Assembly (NCBI GenBank): GCA_035517015.1
Contig: DATIZQ010000008.1
Location: 4,440 to 68,439 of the forward strand
Length of the DNA: 64,000 nucleotides
DNA from: Candidatus Acidiferrum sp.
GTDB taxonomy: Bacteria > Acidobacteriota > Terriglobia > Acidiferrales > UBA7541
Direction: 5' to 3'
The notes beneath the pieces are model-generated. The model searched no databases and was not told where the DNA came from. It saw only the letters and a program-made list of their open reading frames with translations. The position numbers and the translations under genes were made by a program. Positions 49,701-58,845 of the stretch are shown one piece after another. Positions within the stretch are counted from its first letter, which is position 1, and every line of letters begins with the position of its first letter.

Positions 49701-50716
49701 AACGCCGTTACGCGCAGGTTCGGCACCACCAGCTTCTGCTGCGCCACTTCATAGTCGCCCCAGGTTCTCATGCCGCTCGCGTGGAACCACAGATAAGGCA
49801 TCCGAATGTCGTGTCCATCGTAGTAGCCGTTCGTGGTCCACTGCCCCGTCGCGTAGTGTGCCTGGCCGGAAAAATCCGCGATGCCGCCCGGAGTCGTCGG
49901 CGCATGAAGAATCGTCGCCACATCCTCCAGGGAGAGCCTCCCGCGATACCACAAATCCCAATCCGGACGCTCAAAACTCGGCATCTGCCCTCGCAGATTC
50001 AGTTCCGAATGCGGCAGCTTGCAGGCGAGCTCATCCAAGTCGAAAGAATTCCGGTGCAGGGTGAACTTGCCGGATACATCGAAGGCGAACGGCGTGTCGT
50101 GCCGCTCTGCGATGTGAACCTTCTCAAACCGGAAAGTACCCAGATACACGTCATCGCCGGGCGTCGTCCCGTTGTAGCGCATCGTGAAGTCGAAATTGTG
50201 GGCTTCGAGAGAAAGGGGCACGCGGCGATTGTTGAAGTTGGCGGCGCCGTCGTGCAATTCCAAGCGGCTGATCTGCAGCTTGAACAGCGAATCCTGCCAC
50301 GGCCCGCTGTTTGCGCGAGGCTTTGGGCGCGGGACGTTGCTGTGCCCGTCCGCATCCACGCGAATCGTAAGCTCGGGGCGCTCGACCACCAATTCGTCGA
50401 CGGAGTATTTTCGCGCGAAGAACGAGTCGATGCGGATGCCTGCGTCGACCCGATCCGCGTGAAAGAGCGGCGGTGCGACGGAGTTCTCGAGGCCATGTAA
50501 TGTTAAGCCGTCAATTTCGGCCTTCAGGCTCCAGATGCGAAGGTGGAATCTCTTCATCTCGACGCGCGCGCCTGTGTGCTCCTCGATCCCACGAACGATC
50601 GCGTGGCGAACGTACCCGTGCACGAAACCGGTGACGACCGCGAGATACACCGCCAGCGCTGTCCCGGCCACGAGCAGCACCGTGAACCAGATTCCGTGTT
50701 TCCAGCGGAATTTCAC
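46772..50716 (-). CDS. tamB: Translocation and assembly module protein TamB (DUF490 C-terminus)
   Basis: 1314 aa with an N-terminal TM anchor, a very long beta-rich body and a C-terminal DUF490-like region (…TIQEQVARDLTITYSTN…). Confidence 0.8.
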   Translation of the reverse strand: MKFRWKHGIWFTVLLVAGTALAVYLAVVTGFVHGYVRHAIVRGIEEHTGARVEMKRFHLRIWSLKAEIDGLTLHGLENSVAPPLFHADRVDAGIRIDSFFARKYSVDELVVERPELTIRVDADGHSNVPRPKPRANSGPWQDSLFKLQISRLELHDGAANFNNRRVPLSLEAHNFDFTMRYNGTTPGDDVYLGTFRFEKVHIAERHDTPFAFDVSGKFTLHRNSFDLDELACKLPHSELNLRGQMPSFERPDWDLWYRGRLSLEDVATILHAPTTPGGIADFSGQAHYATGQWTTNGYYDGHDIRMPYLWFHASGMRTWGDYEVAQQKLVVPNLRVTAFGGFLSGKLDMDLQTLAFRTETQLRGASLSGVLAALDNPGFPVRTLHWDGLVDVDSVNTWSKNFKHFETKGETRWSPPPTLAPGMIPASAKIDYDYSTDRRAVEIREGGEISMPKTQLSFYGPLGAADSGLELKLHTDDLHDWDDFINILRGPESEALPIGGRVDWRGRILGPLGGPTFTGHMQAANATYDKLYWDTINGDLEYSPDDFRLTNTDVRRGRTSATMDLVLHLDGAWSFLPSSTWSLEARLDHSPTEDLQKIFEMDYPVSGLLTGTFHGGGTRASPVMDGDFVFENIDAKGMHFDRLTGNLHLAHDEVRLSNADLRRDTGRITGEVTYHPGEQTAEFNVSGTGIALERIGSIQSASIPIGGELNFDLRGSGPLRAPAGQGDLHVLKLRLGTDVEGDFHGQLVSDGRNANVSIDSESAQAKLHGQATIGLGDDQPISGKLSLEQFDLDPFIVAGLHLKQITKHSSADGVFTISGALRQPDSIEVVADVTRISFDYELVRLTNDQDIRLTYHRNEVRIDQAHLHGPDTDLQVSGSARFDRDRPLRLAVQGVLDLRLLAGFLPDFETQGQAKANVSVGGTMSRPRITGRASVHDASASYADFPVGLSKVNGDIVFDESRLLFDRLTAESGGGQLTLSGNVVYGEGGPRYEVNVSTPLVRIRYPVGMSWLAGGSLQLSGSSTAALLSGRIQVQRLLFAQGVDVASFFATASETTVGPPSGSTFLRNLSFDIEGRTAPGAQIQWTGAQVGIEGDVRLRGTWDRPILLGNVHLLGGQMAFRGNNFDLTRGDINFANPFRLDPVLNVEATSTIAQYQVTINFSGPASRLSMTYRSDPPLPDSDIIALLALGSPGEEAGLRQQSASSQNYGATALLSEAISTGIGGRIEHLFGISQFRVDPFVAGTATESNAAARVTIQEQVARDLTITYSTNAATTNQYQLIQVQYDVSRELSVEFLRDINGTYGFDIKWVKHVK

Positions 50717-51414
50717 GGTCCTTCTCCTTCCGGAACGATTTCAACCTTCAAGCGCTCGCGCGTGTCTTCGAGCCACTTCGTTGCGCGATCGTTGATCGCG
50801 CGCTGGATCAGCACCTCGCGAATCGTGTCCTCCACGTCGTCGACGGGCGGCACCGGCTCGCCTCGCGCCTTGAGTTGCGGAGCAAACTCCTTCTCGTAGT
50901 AGTCCTCGATCTGTTGCCGGTCGACCTGCGCCGCGGGCCGGAAGCGATAATCCAGGAACCGCGCCAGATAGAGCTGCTCACGGAGCAGGCGGCGAATCAC
51001 AGCGTCGCTCAGGTTCAGTGTCGCAGCACGTTCCTGAAACGCGGCCGGTGAGCCGAACTGTTTTGCCAGCGCATCGTACGCGCGATTCACTTCCTCATCG
51101 GCTGGCTGCCTGTAGTTTGTCGCCGTCGCCTCCTGCCGGACGATCCACTGGTCGGTCAGTTCGCGAATGATTTCCCCGCGGGATTTGGCGCGCCCGTCGA
51201 CCAATTCCTGGAAGGCGGCGAGTTCGCGTACTTCGCTCGACGTGATGATGTCGTCTTCGATTCGCGCCGCAATGCCGTCAATCGTTCGGTCCGCGCGGCC
51301 GTCGGCAAGATCGGCGGGGGTTGACGAAGGCGGCCGGGCCTGCGCGAGGGCCGGCTCCGCGGCGAAAGCGCCGAGCGCGGCGAGCAAGCCGAGAATCAGG
51401 ATCGCGCGAACCAT
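50713..51414 (-). CDS. SurA N-terminal-domain chaperone-like periplasmic protein (no PPIase domain seen)
   Basis: Signal peptide MVRAILILGLLAALGAFAAEPALA followed by a SurA_N-like helical region. The start overlaps the bamA stop (TGATG) and the stop overlaps the tamB start. Confidence 0.6.
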   Translation of the reverse strand: MVRAILILGLLAALGAFAAEPALAQARPPSSTPADLADGRADRTIDGIAARIEDDIITSSEVRELAAFQELVDGRAKSRGEIIRELTDQWIVRQEATATNYRQPADEEVNRAYDALAKQFGSPAAFQERAATLNLSDAVIRRLLREQLYLARFLDYRFRPAAQVDRQQIEDYYEKEFAPQLKARGEPVPPVDDVEDTIREVLIQRAINDRATKWLEDTRERLKVEIVPEGEGP

Positions 51415-54400
51415 CAGAAAACCGGTCCTATGTTGAAGGAAAACTGGAAGTGGGGCAGACGGATGTTTTGAAGCTGCTGCGTCGTCCCATTGTAAAACTG
51501 GTACAGCGCCGGGTTCAGTTGATAGCCAAAGTCCACGCGCACGGGCCCCACCGGCGTCGGGTACCGCAAGCCGAAACCGACGGTATGGGAAAAATAGTTG
51601 ATCTCGGTCACCGACGGCGGTTTCCAGGCGAAGGAAATGTGATTGAAATCGGTGAACACGTTGCCGCCGTCGTAGAACAGGGTGCCGCCGAGGCGATTGC
51701 CCACGAACGGCAGCTTCATCGGAAAACGCAGTTCCTGGTTCAGCGCCAGGATCGCGAGCCCGCCCACCGGAAATCCCGAGCACGGATCGCGCGGCCCCGC
51801 TTCGTTCAGCCCGAAGCCTCGAAGGGATGTTCCGCCGCCCGCGAAGAATCGTTCCGGCAGCGGAATCACCTCCTGCGTGGGAGCGGGCGTTGTCGCCGTG
51901 CATTGGGACGGATCGAACGGCGCGTTTCCCTCGATCGTATTGCCCAGCGTCTCCTCCACGCCGAGGCGCGCCGACCGCGCGAAGACGAAGTCGCGGCCGA
52001 AGGAGGTGAACGATGAGTTCTGAAAGAATCCGCGAAAGAAGCTCGCGCTGGACCCGAGCGTAGTGGACGCGACGCTCACGTCCGCCGTATTGAACGTTCC
52101 GTGTTTCGGGTCGCCCGGATTGTCGCGATGATCGCGCGCGTACGTGATGCCGAAGCCGGAGACGAGAGTCGGCTGGCTCAAGAGAGGAACTTCTTCGAGA
52201 GTCACCTTCAGGTTTGCCGCAGTGACGTGACGGTAAAAGTAGCGGTACAGGAGCGCACTGAAAGGCGACACCTTCTGCACCAGCTGCAGCGCGCCCTCAT
52301 AGCGAGTGGAATTGAACGTTGTCACGTCCTGCGCCTTTTCGGCGAAACCCGTGAGTTGAAGGCTCAGATTTCGGTTCGTCAGGAAGTTGTCCGCCGTGTA
52401 TCCCAGCGCCCCGCGGTATTCGAGCGTGCTTGCGCGCGCCTTGAACGAGAGCGTTTGTGCCCGGCCGAACATGTTGGAACGCGCGATTTCGAAGATTCCT
52501 CGTGGGCTCGCTGCGAGGACGGTTGCGTTCGGGTTGCACGTTGTCGTGGTGCTGGAGCTGTTGCAACTTGCGCCGATCCGCTGCACTTCGAAGCCGAACC
52601 CGTATCCGACGGTATAACGCTTCCCTTCTTGGGCCTCGACGACCACGACCTTATCCGGGTCCGTGCCCTCGGGATTCTGCGGCGCAATCTGAACGCGAGT
52701 AAAAACTCCGAGGTTGTAGAGCTTGCGCTGCGTGTCCGCGACGTCGCCTTGACGCAGCGGCTGCCCCGGATGAATCTCCACCTGCCGTGCGATGATGCCG
52801 GGACGCGTGAACTGATATCCCGTCAGCAGCACGTTCGATACCTCGATCTGGGGTCCCTCCGTAATGTGGTAGACCAGTTTCAGCCTGTCCGCTTCCGGCT
52901 CGCCAGCGGGCGTCACTTCCTCCTGAAACCGCGCTTTCGGAAAACCCTCGTTGTAGTAGAGAGCAAGGATGTTGTTGCGGTCGCTGGCAACGTCTTCCGA
53001 CGAATAGGGCTGGCCGGGTGTCGAACCGACGACCGCGAGCAATGCGTTAGTTGAAATCGCGTGATTGCCTTCGATGCTGAGCGACGCAACCCGGCTTTGC
53101 GATCCCTCCACGACGTGGAACGTCACGAAGAGACTCCCCTTCTTACCTCCGTGGCTTTCGTCCACGTCCGCGCTCACTTGGACGTCGCGGAAGCCGTTCG
53201 AAGTGTAGAGAGAGCGAATCGAATCGACGTCCGCGCGAAGAAGCTGCTGGCTGAACCGCCCGCTCGAGGCAAACGAAGCCGTTTGAATCTGGAGGATTCC
53301 GGAAAGCAAGTCCGGGCTGAAGTATTTGTCGCCCACAAACGCGACTCCGGCCACGCGAAAGCGGTCGCCGCGGGAAATGTTATAGACGATCAAGCGCACG
53401 TTATCCGCTGCGTCCTGGGACCGTACTTGCACGTTCGCGTCGAAGTAGCCTTGCCGTTGGAAATAATCGCGGATGTTCCGGCGGCCCTCCTGGAGCAGGT
53501 CCTCGTCGACTCCGCCTTCCGCATAGATCGGCAGAAGCTTGCGGATCTGGCCCTTACTTAGGTGTGCGCCCTCGATCTCCACCCGAACGCGCGGCCCCGT
53601 CGTGACCGAATACGACAGGGGCACTAGGTTCGTTTGCGAATTGTATGAGCCGGGTGTGATCGCCGCTGTCGCGCCCAGATACCCCTCGCGAACCAGGTGC
53701 TGCTTCAGCCGCTGCGCGCCGCGCGAAATGCGCGACGCAGTGAACTCCTGCTTCGCCTTGATCTTCGACCGGCGAAGCAGTTGCTTGTCGGAATAGGGCG
53801 TGTGATTCTCGATCGCCACGCCGCCGATGCGCGCCCGCGGCCCCGGATCCACGGTCACCAGGATGTCCATTTGCCGCGTGTCCTCATGCGGACCGAGCAA
53901 CCACTTGACGTTGGCCAGGTAAAGGCCGTCCGCACGCAGCGCCTCTTGCAGCCGCTCGATTCCCTCCAGCAGCGAGCTTTCGTGGTACGGCTGTCCGAGT
54001 TCGAGGTGCATCGCCGCAAGCCCCGCGGATTCCGTCGGGGGCTCTTTCAATCCCTCGATCCGAATCACGTTGTTGTAGAAGTTCCGTCGCACGACGAAAT
54101 CCACCCGCACGCCGGAAGCCTCGAGCGTGGCGTTCACGCGGATGTCTGCGTAGTCCCCGAGATGGTAGAGTGCGCGAAGGCTTTCACGTTCTGCCGCAAA
54201 ATCGAACGGCTTTCCGGCTTCAAGGGCCAGTGGCGGCAACGGATTTTGCACCTCGCGGCCTTTCTCATCGATCACGTGCACCGCCGTCACGGTGCGCCCT
54301 TCAATCGAAACTTCCGCCGCGTGCACGGAAGACGCAAGCGCAAGACATTCCACTGCGACGACGAGGATTCGACGCGCCGCTCGCCGCGAAAGGAAGCCAG

Positions 54401-54431
54401 CCGTGAATTTTGTTTTGCGAGCGGTCGCCAT
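51414..54431 (-). CDS. bamA: Outer membrane protein assembly factor BamA (POTRA repeats + Omp85 barrel)
   Basis: About 1005 aa with a signal peptide, multiple POTRA-like repeats, a C-terminal Omp85 barrel and a terminal aromatic residue (…FSFNIGPVF). Confidence 0.85.
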   Translation of the reverse strand: MATARKTKFTAGFLSRRAARRILVVAVECLALASSVHAAEVSIEGRTVTAVHVIDEKGREVQNPLPPLALEAGKPFDFAAERESLRALYHLGDYADIRVNATLEASGVRVDFVVRRNFYNNVIRIEGLKEPPTESAGLAAMHLELGQPYHESSLLEGIERLQEALRADGLYLANVKWLLGPHEDTRQMDILVTVDPGPRARIGGVAIENHTPYSDKQLLRRSKIKAKQEFTASRISRGAQRLKQHLVREGYLGATAAITPGSYNSQTNLVPLSYSVTTGPRVRVEIEGAHLSKGQIRKLLPIYAEGGVDEDLLQEGRRNIRDYFQRQGYFDANVQVRSQDAADNVRLIVYNISRGDRFRVAGVAFVGDKYFSPDLLSGILQIQTASFASSGRFSQQLLRADVDSIRSLYTSNGFRDVQVSADVDESHGGKKGSLFVTFHVVEGSQSRVASLSIEGNHAISTNALLAVVGSTPGQPYSSEDVASDRNNILALYYNEGFPKARFQEEVTPAGEPEADRLKLVYHITEGPQIEVSNVLLTGYQFTRPGIIARQVEIHPGQPLRQGDVADTQRKLYNLGVFTRVQIAPQNPEGTDPDKVVVVEAQEGKRYTVGYGFGFEVQRIGASCNSSSTTTTCNPNATVLAASPRGIFEIARSNMFGRAQTLSFKARASTLEYRGALGYTADNFLTNRNLSLQLTGFAEKAQDVTTFNSTRYEGALQLVQKVSPFSALLYRYFYRHVTAANLKVTLEEVPLLSQPTLVSGFGITYARDHRDNPGDPKHGTFNTADVSVASTTLGSSASFFRGFFQNSSFTSFGRDFVFARSARLGVEETLGNTIEGNAPFDPSQCTATTPAPTQEVIPLPERFFAGGGTSLRGFGLNEAGPRDPCSGFPVGGLAILALNQELRFPMKLPFVGNRLGGTLFYDGGNVFTDFNHISFAWKPPSVTEINYFSHTVGFGLRYPTPVGPVRVDFGYQLNPALYQFYNGTTQQLQNIRLPHFQFSFNIGPVF

Positions 54432-54522
54432 CGCCAAGAGGTTAAGAGAAAAGGTTAGCACGCCGCGTTGCCCGCCCGATGCGAAAAGGCGCTATGATGA
54501 AGTTCGAGCCTGGAAACATCGC

Positions 54523-55560
54523 ATGAATCGCGAGCAATCCGACCGATATTCGCGCCAGATTCTCTTCGCCGGCATCGGCGCCGCTGGTCAGGAGCGGCTG
54601 CTGGAATCCAGCGCCGTTCTCGTGGGCTGCGGCGCGCTGGGGACCGTCGTCGCCAATTTGCTCGTCCGTGCGGGCGTGGGCCGGCTGAGGATCATCGACC
54701 GCGACCTCGTCGAGCCTTCCAATCTGCAGCGCCAGACTCTTTTCGAGGAATCGGACGCGGCCCAGGCTCTGCCGAAAGCCGTCGCGGCCGAACGCCGCCT
54801 GCGCGCGATCAATGCCGATGTGCGCGTCGAAGGCGTCGTCTCCGACGTCACCTCGCGGAACGCGCGCGACCTTCTTTCCGGATTTCCGCTCATCCTCGAC
54901 GGCACGGACAACTTCGAAACGCGCCTTCTGCTGAATGACGCCGCGATTTCTCTCAGCGTTCCGTGGATTTACGCGGCCGCCGTCGGCAGTTACGGCGTGA
55001 CCATGACGATTCTCCCGGGCGACACCGCCTGCCTCGCTTGCCTCCTCGAAGCACAAGCGGAGAACGCCGCGATCGCCGCGGAAGAGACCTGCGACACGGT
55101 GGGCGTTCTCAACGCCGCCGCGAGCGCGATCGCGTCGCTCGAAGCGGCCGAAGCAATCAAAATCCTCGCGGGGAAATTGGGAGCCCTCAGCAACCGTCTC
55201 GTCTCTTGCGACGTTTGGGCCGGTCGGTTCCAATCAGTTCGCGTCGCGCGCAACCCCGACTGCCGCGCCTGCGGCCGCCGTGATTTCCGCCACCTGCAGG
55301 TCGACGCCCAGCCGCACATCACGATGTGCGGACGCGACTCAGTGCAGATTCACGAGCGCAGCCGCAAACTCGACCTTGCCGAACTCAGCCGCAGGCTCGT
55401 GGCCGCTTCACCGGGCGACGTCCGCAACAACGAATTTCTGCTGCGCTTCCGCGTTCCGCCGTACGAGATGACCGTCTTCGCCGACGGCCGCGCCATCGTG
55501 AAGGGCACCAGGGATCCCGCGATTGCTCGTTCGCTGTACGCCCGCTACATTGGCGCGTAG
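54523..55560 (+). CDS. ThiF/MoeB-family adenylyltransferase (Bacillus ThiF-like long form)
   Basis: RYSRQILF, the nucleotide loop GCGALG, two CxxC pairs (CLAC, CRAC) and a C-terminal domain. As I recall it, the protein is colinear with B. subtilis ThiF. Confidence 0.8.
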   Translation: MNREQSDRYSRQILFAGIGAAGQERLLESSAVLVGCGALGTVVANLLVRAGVGRLRIIDRDLVEPSNLQRQTLFEESDAAQALPKAVAAERRLRAINADVRVEGVVSDVTSRNARDLLSGFPLILDGTDNFETRLLLNDAAISLSVPWIYAAAVGSYGVTMTILPGDTACLACLLEAQAENAAIAAEETCDTVGVLNAAASAIASLEAAEAIKILAGKLGALSNRLVSCDVWAGRFQSVRVARNPDCRACGRRDFRHLQVDAQPHITMCGRDSVQIHERSRKLDLAELSRRLVAASPGDVRNNEFLLRFRVPPYEMTVFADGRAIVKGTRDPAIARSLYARYIGA

Positions 55561-55590
55561 AAAATCCGGAGGGAAATCCCGCGGAAGGAA

Positions 55591-55956
55591 TCAGCCGACG
55601 AATCGCCGCACGGCGGACTGCCTCATTGCCGCGCGGTCCATGTTTTCGCGGCAATTCATCAGCGTCAGAAGCGTGCTCAGAATCCGCGCCTTGATTTCGT
55701 CGCTCATCGAAAAGCCGCTCGTCGCCACGTTAACCAGCACCTCGCCGCGGTCCGCTATCTTCTTCATGAACTCACTTTGCCGCTCGTGGCTTGTCTTGCC
55801 GAGGTTCGATTCGCGCCGCATCTCGGCGCACTCCTGCTCCACGAAAAGGGTGAAGTGGAGAATGCACATCCGCTCCGCGGCCAGACCCGCGGGCACGGTC
55901 GCCTTGCAACCTTTGGCTGAGCAAATTTCCGGCACGGACACACTCGGGAAGCGCAT
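55591..55956 (-). CDS. Hypothetical protein
   Basis: 121 aa from ATG 55956 within the longer ORF 55591-56220. I recognise no motif and the start is uncertain. Confidence 0.35.
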   Translation of the reverse strand: MRFPSVSVPEICSAKGCKATVPAGLAAERMCILHFTLFVEQECAEMRRESNLGKTSHERQSEFMKKIADRGEVLVNVATSGFSMSDEIKARILSTLLTLMNCRENMDRAAMRQSAVRRFVG

Positions 55957-56120
55957 CTGCTTTGTAGCATTAACGGCCCCTCGATTTCCATACGCCCGGC
56001 CCAGCCCTGCGTCGAATTCGTCAGCACCCCCGCCCGGCCGTCCCCTTCGAACCTCCCCTGCCCTTCGCGCATCTAAACTCTTGAGCCCAAGCGCCGAAGC
56101 GCGCAGAAAGGTGGTGCAAA

Positions 56121-56705
56121 ATGTCCACATCGTTTCGTTCCCGTTCAAACGGTTTCCTCGCAGCAGCCGTCGTATTGACGTTGTTCGCGGCCTCGGCAGG
56201 CAGCCTCTTCGCCGCGGCATCGAAAAACCAGGCCCCGCGCGACCCGCAACACTATGAGGAGTGGCTCAAACAGGAAGTGCGACACCGGCTCGTCATGCTT
56301 CCGTGGCTCTCGATCTTCGACAACCTCGAATACAAGGTCGAGGGATCGAAAGTCACCCTGATGGGCCAGGTGGTTCGCCCGGTCCTGAAGGATGACGCCG
56401 CGCGCACCGTGAAAAGCATCGAAGGCGTCACCGAAGTCGTGAACCAAATTCAGGTTCTGCCGCCTTCGCCGATGGACGACGGCATCCGGCGTGCTGAATA
56501 TCGCGCCATCTACGGTTTCGCCGATTTGTGGAAGTACGCGATGGGCGCGCTGCCGCCGGTTCACATCGTCGTCGACAACGGCCGCGTCACGCTCTACGGT
56601 GTGGTTGACAGCGAAGCCGACAAGAACCTCATCGGGCTTCGCGCCAACACCGTGCCCGGCGTTTTCAGCGTCACCAACAACCTCATCGTCGAGAGCGGAA
56701 AATAA
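56121..56705 (+). CDS. Secreted BON-domain protein (two BON domains)
   Basis: Signal peptide followed by two V.V..G.VTL.G.V...... units typical of BON domains. Confidence 0.7.
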   Translation: MSTSFRSRSNGFLAAAVVLTLFAASAGSLFAAASKNQAPRDPQHYEEWLKQEVRHRLVMLPWLSIFDNLEYKVEGSKVTLMGQVVRPVLKDDAARTVKSIEGVTEVVNQIQVLPPSPMDDGIRRAEYRAIYGFADLWKYAMGALPPVHIVVDNGRVTLYGVVDSEADKNLIGLRANTVPGVFSVTNNLIVESGK

Positions 56706-56733
56706 CCGGCTCGCCACACACTGAGCCCGCTCT

Positions 56734-58341
56734 CTACTGCGCAGCCTGCGCGGCGTGGTCCCCGGCCTTGAATTGAGTCCATGGCCCGGCGTTCATGTCG
56801 CGCAGGACCGGCGCCTGCCACGAATAATCGGTGTGCTCCTCCAGGAATTTCGTCGCGTTGAAGTTCGTCCCGCACGGATGCCCGATGCGCGCGATGAAGC
56901 TCATCGCCTCGGCCATCTTGCTGTCGGTCACCTTCGCTTGCACCGCGCCTGACGGCCGGAACGGCTCCTTCTCATTCGTCGGATCGCCCGGAGTCTCCGC
57001 GTCGCCGTGCCCGCACAGCGTGCGGCGGTTTCCGGTGGTTTCCTTCTTCGCGTACGAATCGTAGTGGTCCGATTCGAACGCCTCCGCCATCGTCGTATCG
57101 ATCTTCCCCTTGTTCTCCGCCATCAACTGGTCCCACCGGACGTGCCGCGCGTTCGCCGACGCCGCCATATTCGCCGAATCGAACGTCGTCTCGTCTTTCA
57201 GCACGTCGGGATCGCTCGCGAAATTCGACCCCACGAAGTAGCCGTCCTTCGTGCGCCACACCTTCGTATGCTTCAAGCCGTTTTCGAACCGCGCGATTTC
57301 GCCGGTCTTGCGGTCGCCGAGCAGCCAGTCGTTCGCGTACCCGCCGTTATTGCCGTCGAGCATGATTTTCACGAAGTCGTCGATCGAGCCCGCATACTGC
57401 ATCGCCTTGCGCGCGCGGACGAATTCCGCCTTGCCCGTCGGATCCCATCCGTGAAAATCGGTGATCGTCGTCTCCGTCACCATCAACCCCGCCGAATTGA
57501 TCGTGAAATCGTCGTCGCTGACGATCACGCCCGGAAAACCGTCCATCAACATCCGGTAGCCCTTGTCCGGCATGATGTCGAAAACAATCTTCCAGCGCTC
57601 TCCGTCGGCGTAGCTCGTCCAGTTGTTGTGCGCCATGACGATCTGGCCGCCCTTCGTCCAGCTTCCCGTCGCCACAAACGCGCTGCACGCTTCCGGCGCC
57701 TTCAGGTTCGGCGGATTCGCGGCCTTCGTCACCGAGTTCAGCCACGGGACGTAATAATCCGCCAGCTCCATGAACCCGTTCATCGCCACGATGTCGTCGA
57801 TATCGAGCTTCACCTTCTGCGCTTCGAGCCCGCCGACGATTCCCTGCAGCTCCGCCTGATACTCCGGGTCGATGCGGTGCCAGATCATTTCGTGCGCCGC
57901 GCGGCGGAAAAAATCCCAATCGCGCCCGCTCGCGTGCGTCATCTCCAGGCTGACGGCCGCAAACGCGTCCGCGATTTCGTTCGCGAGCAGGTAGCCGTGC
58001 TGGTAGCCGAGGTCGTACGGCGTGCCTTCCAGGTGGACGTACGTCCAGCCGCCGCGATCGAACCGGTACGCCTTCGCCAGCCGCGGATCGTCCGGGTAGC
58101 TTTGGTAGTGTGAGTCCGACGGCGTCGCTGCGCTCGATTGCGCCGCAGGCGCCGACTGCGTTGCCGCAGCCGATTGCGTCGCGGGCGCTGCCGCTTGCGC
58201 CTGCTGGCCGTCCGCCGCCCGCAGCGACGTCGCGAAGACCTGCGTCGCCGCCAGCGCGACGCCCAGCGCCATCACCAAAACCATTGCGAGCCGGTTCCTG
58301 TCGTTTCGCATCAACGCTCTGCTCCTCTTCGCCCCGTGCAT
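56734..58341 (-). CDS. Secreted Ntn-hydrolase-like protein (peptidase C45 / phospholipase B-like)
   Basis: Signal peptide and an Ala/Gln-rich linker. A candidate nucleophile lies in the context EACSAFVATGSWTKGGQIVMAHNNW. The family call is tentative. Confidence 0.55.
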   Translation of the reverse strand: MHGAKRSRALMRNDRNRLAMVLVMALGVALAATQVFATSLRAADGQQAQAAAPATQSAAATQSAPAAQSSAATPSDSHYQSYPDDPRLAKAYRFDRGGWTYVHLEGTPYDLGYQHGYLLANEIADAFAAVSLEMTHASGRDWDFFRRAAHEMIWHRIDPEYQAELQGIVGGLEAQKVKLDIDDIVAMNGFMELADYYVPWLNSVTKAANPPNLKAPEACSAFVATGSWTKGGQIVMAHNNWTSYADGERWKIVFDIMPDKGYRMLMDGFPGVIVSDDDFTINSAGLMVTETTITDFHGWDPTGKAEFVRARKAMQYAGSIDDFVKIMLDGNNGGYANDWLLGDRKTGEIARFENGLKHTKVWRTKDGYFVGSNFASDPDVLKDETTFDSANMAASANARHVRWDQLMAENKGKIDTTMAEAFESDHYDSYAKKETTGNRRTLCGHGDAETPGDPTNEKEPFRPSGAVQAKVTDSKMAEAMSFIARIGHPCGTNFNATKFLEEHTDYSWQAPVLRDMNAGPWTQFKAGDHAAQAAQ

Positions 58342-58403
58342 TTCTTTCGCCCCATTCTGAACGGCTGGGGCGATGGAGGCAAGAACGCAGTCGCCGGGAG
58401 CGC

Positions 58404-58453
58404 CACCTCTTCCTCATCTCGTGGGTCTGGCGGGATGAATCTCCCAATTGGCG
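58404..58453 (+). repeat. Repeat module B (copy 1): CACC.CTTCCTCATC.CG.GGGTC..GCGGGATGAATC.CC.ATTGGCG
   Basis: About 85 percent identical by eye to 63037-63085. Both copies open a REP mosaic. Confidence 0.7.
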
Positions 58454-58605
58454 TTCTTCGGTTTTGACTCACTCCGGAAAACGCCTTTGTACCGCTGGCG
58501 TCCCGCCGGCTCAATCTCCCGCTTGGCCTCTTGAGCGCCGGAGGCGCGATTGTACTTAGCCCGGCACGCAGCGCAGCGGAGTGCCGACTCATCGTTCCTG
58601 CCTTG

Positions 58606-58701
58606 CTTTGGGGTGGGAGCCCCCGACTTCAGTCGGGGGAGCACGACCGCTTTTCGGTCGTGCGAAAGAAGCCCCAAAACTCGCAGGGGCTTTAGCCCCG
58701 G
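58606..58701 (+). repeat. REP-like three-hairpin element, copy R1
   Basis: TTTGGGGTGGGAGCC + hairpin CCCCCGAC-TTCA-GTCGGGGG + GAGCA + hairpin CGACCG..CGGTCG + GCGAAAGAAGCC + hairpin GGGGC-TTTA-GCCCC. Confidence 0.8.
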
Positions 58702-58770
58702 CCGTTTCCCCCGGGGGGATCACACCTTGACACCGTTGCCTATTCGATCAACGATCCGGCCTGTCCGGCA

Positions 58771-58845
58771 TTTTAGGGGGTCGGAGCTTTAGCTCCGACA
58801 TGACTCCGCCTTTTTTATTTTTGGGGGGGGCTTCAGCCCCTGAGG
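58771..58845 (+). repeat. Partial REP-like element
   Basis: TTTTAGGGGG + hairpin TCGGAGC-TTTA-GCTCCGA ... hairpin GGGGC-TTCA-GCCCC. It ends 10 nt before the methyltransferase start. Confidence 0.6.

Noticed and set aside
54523-55560. ThiF/E1-like gene as part of a ubiquitin-like or CBASS-type defence module
   Set aside because: It is colinear with housekeeping Bacillus-type ThiF/MoeB. There are no JAB, E2 or cyclase partners nearby, and the flanking genes are bamA and an unrelated hypothetical.
57007-58447. ORFs 57007-58113 (+) and 57347-58447 (-)
   Set aside because: Both overlap the Ntn-hydrolase gene in other frames. They are extremely Arg-rich with no motifs.
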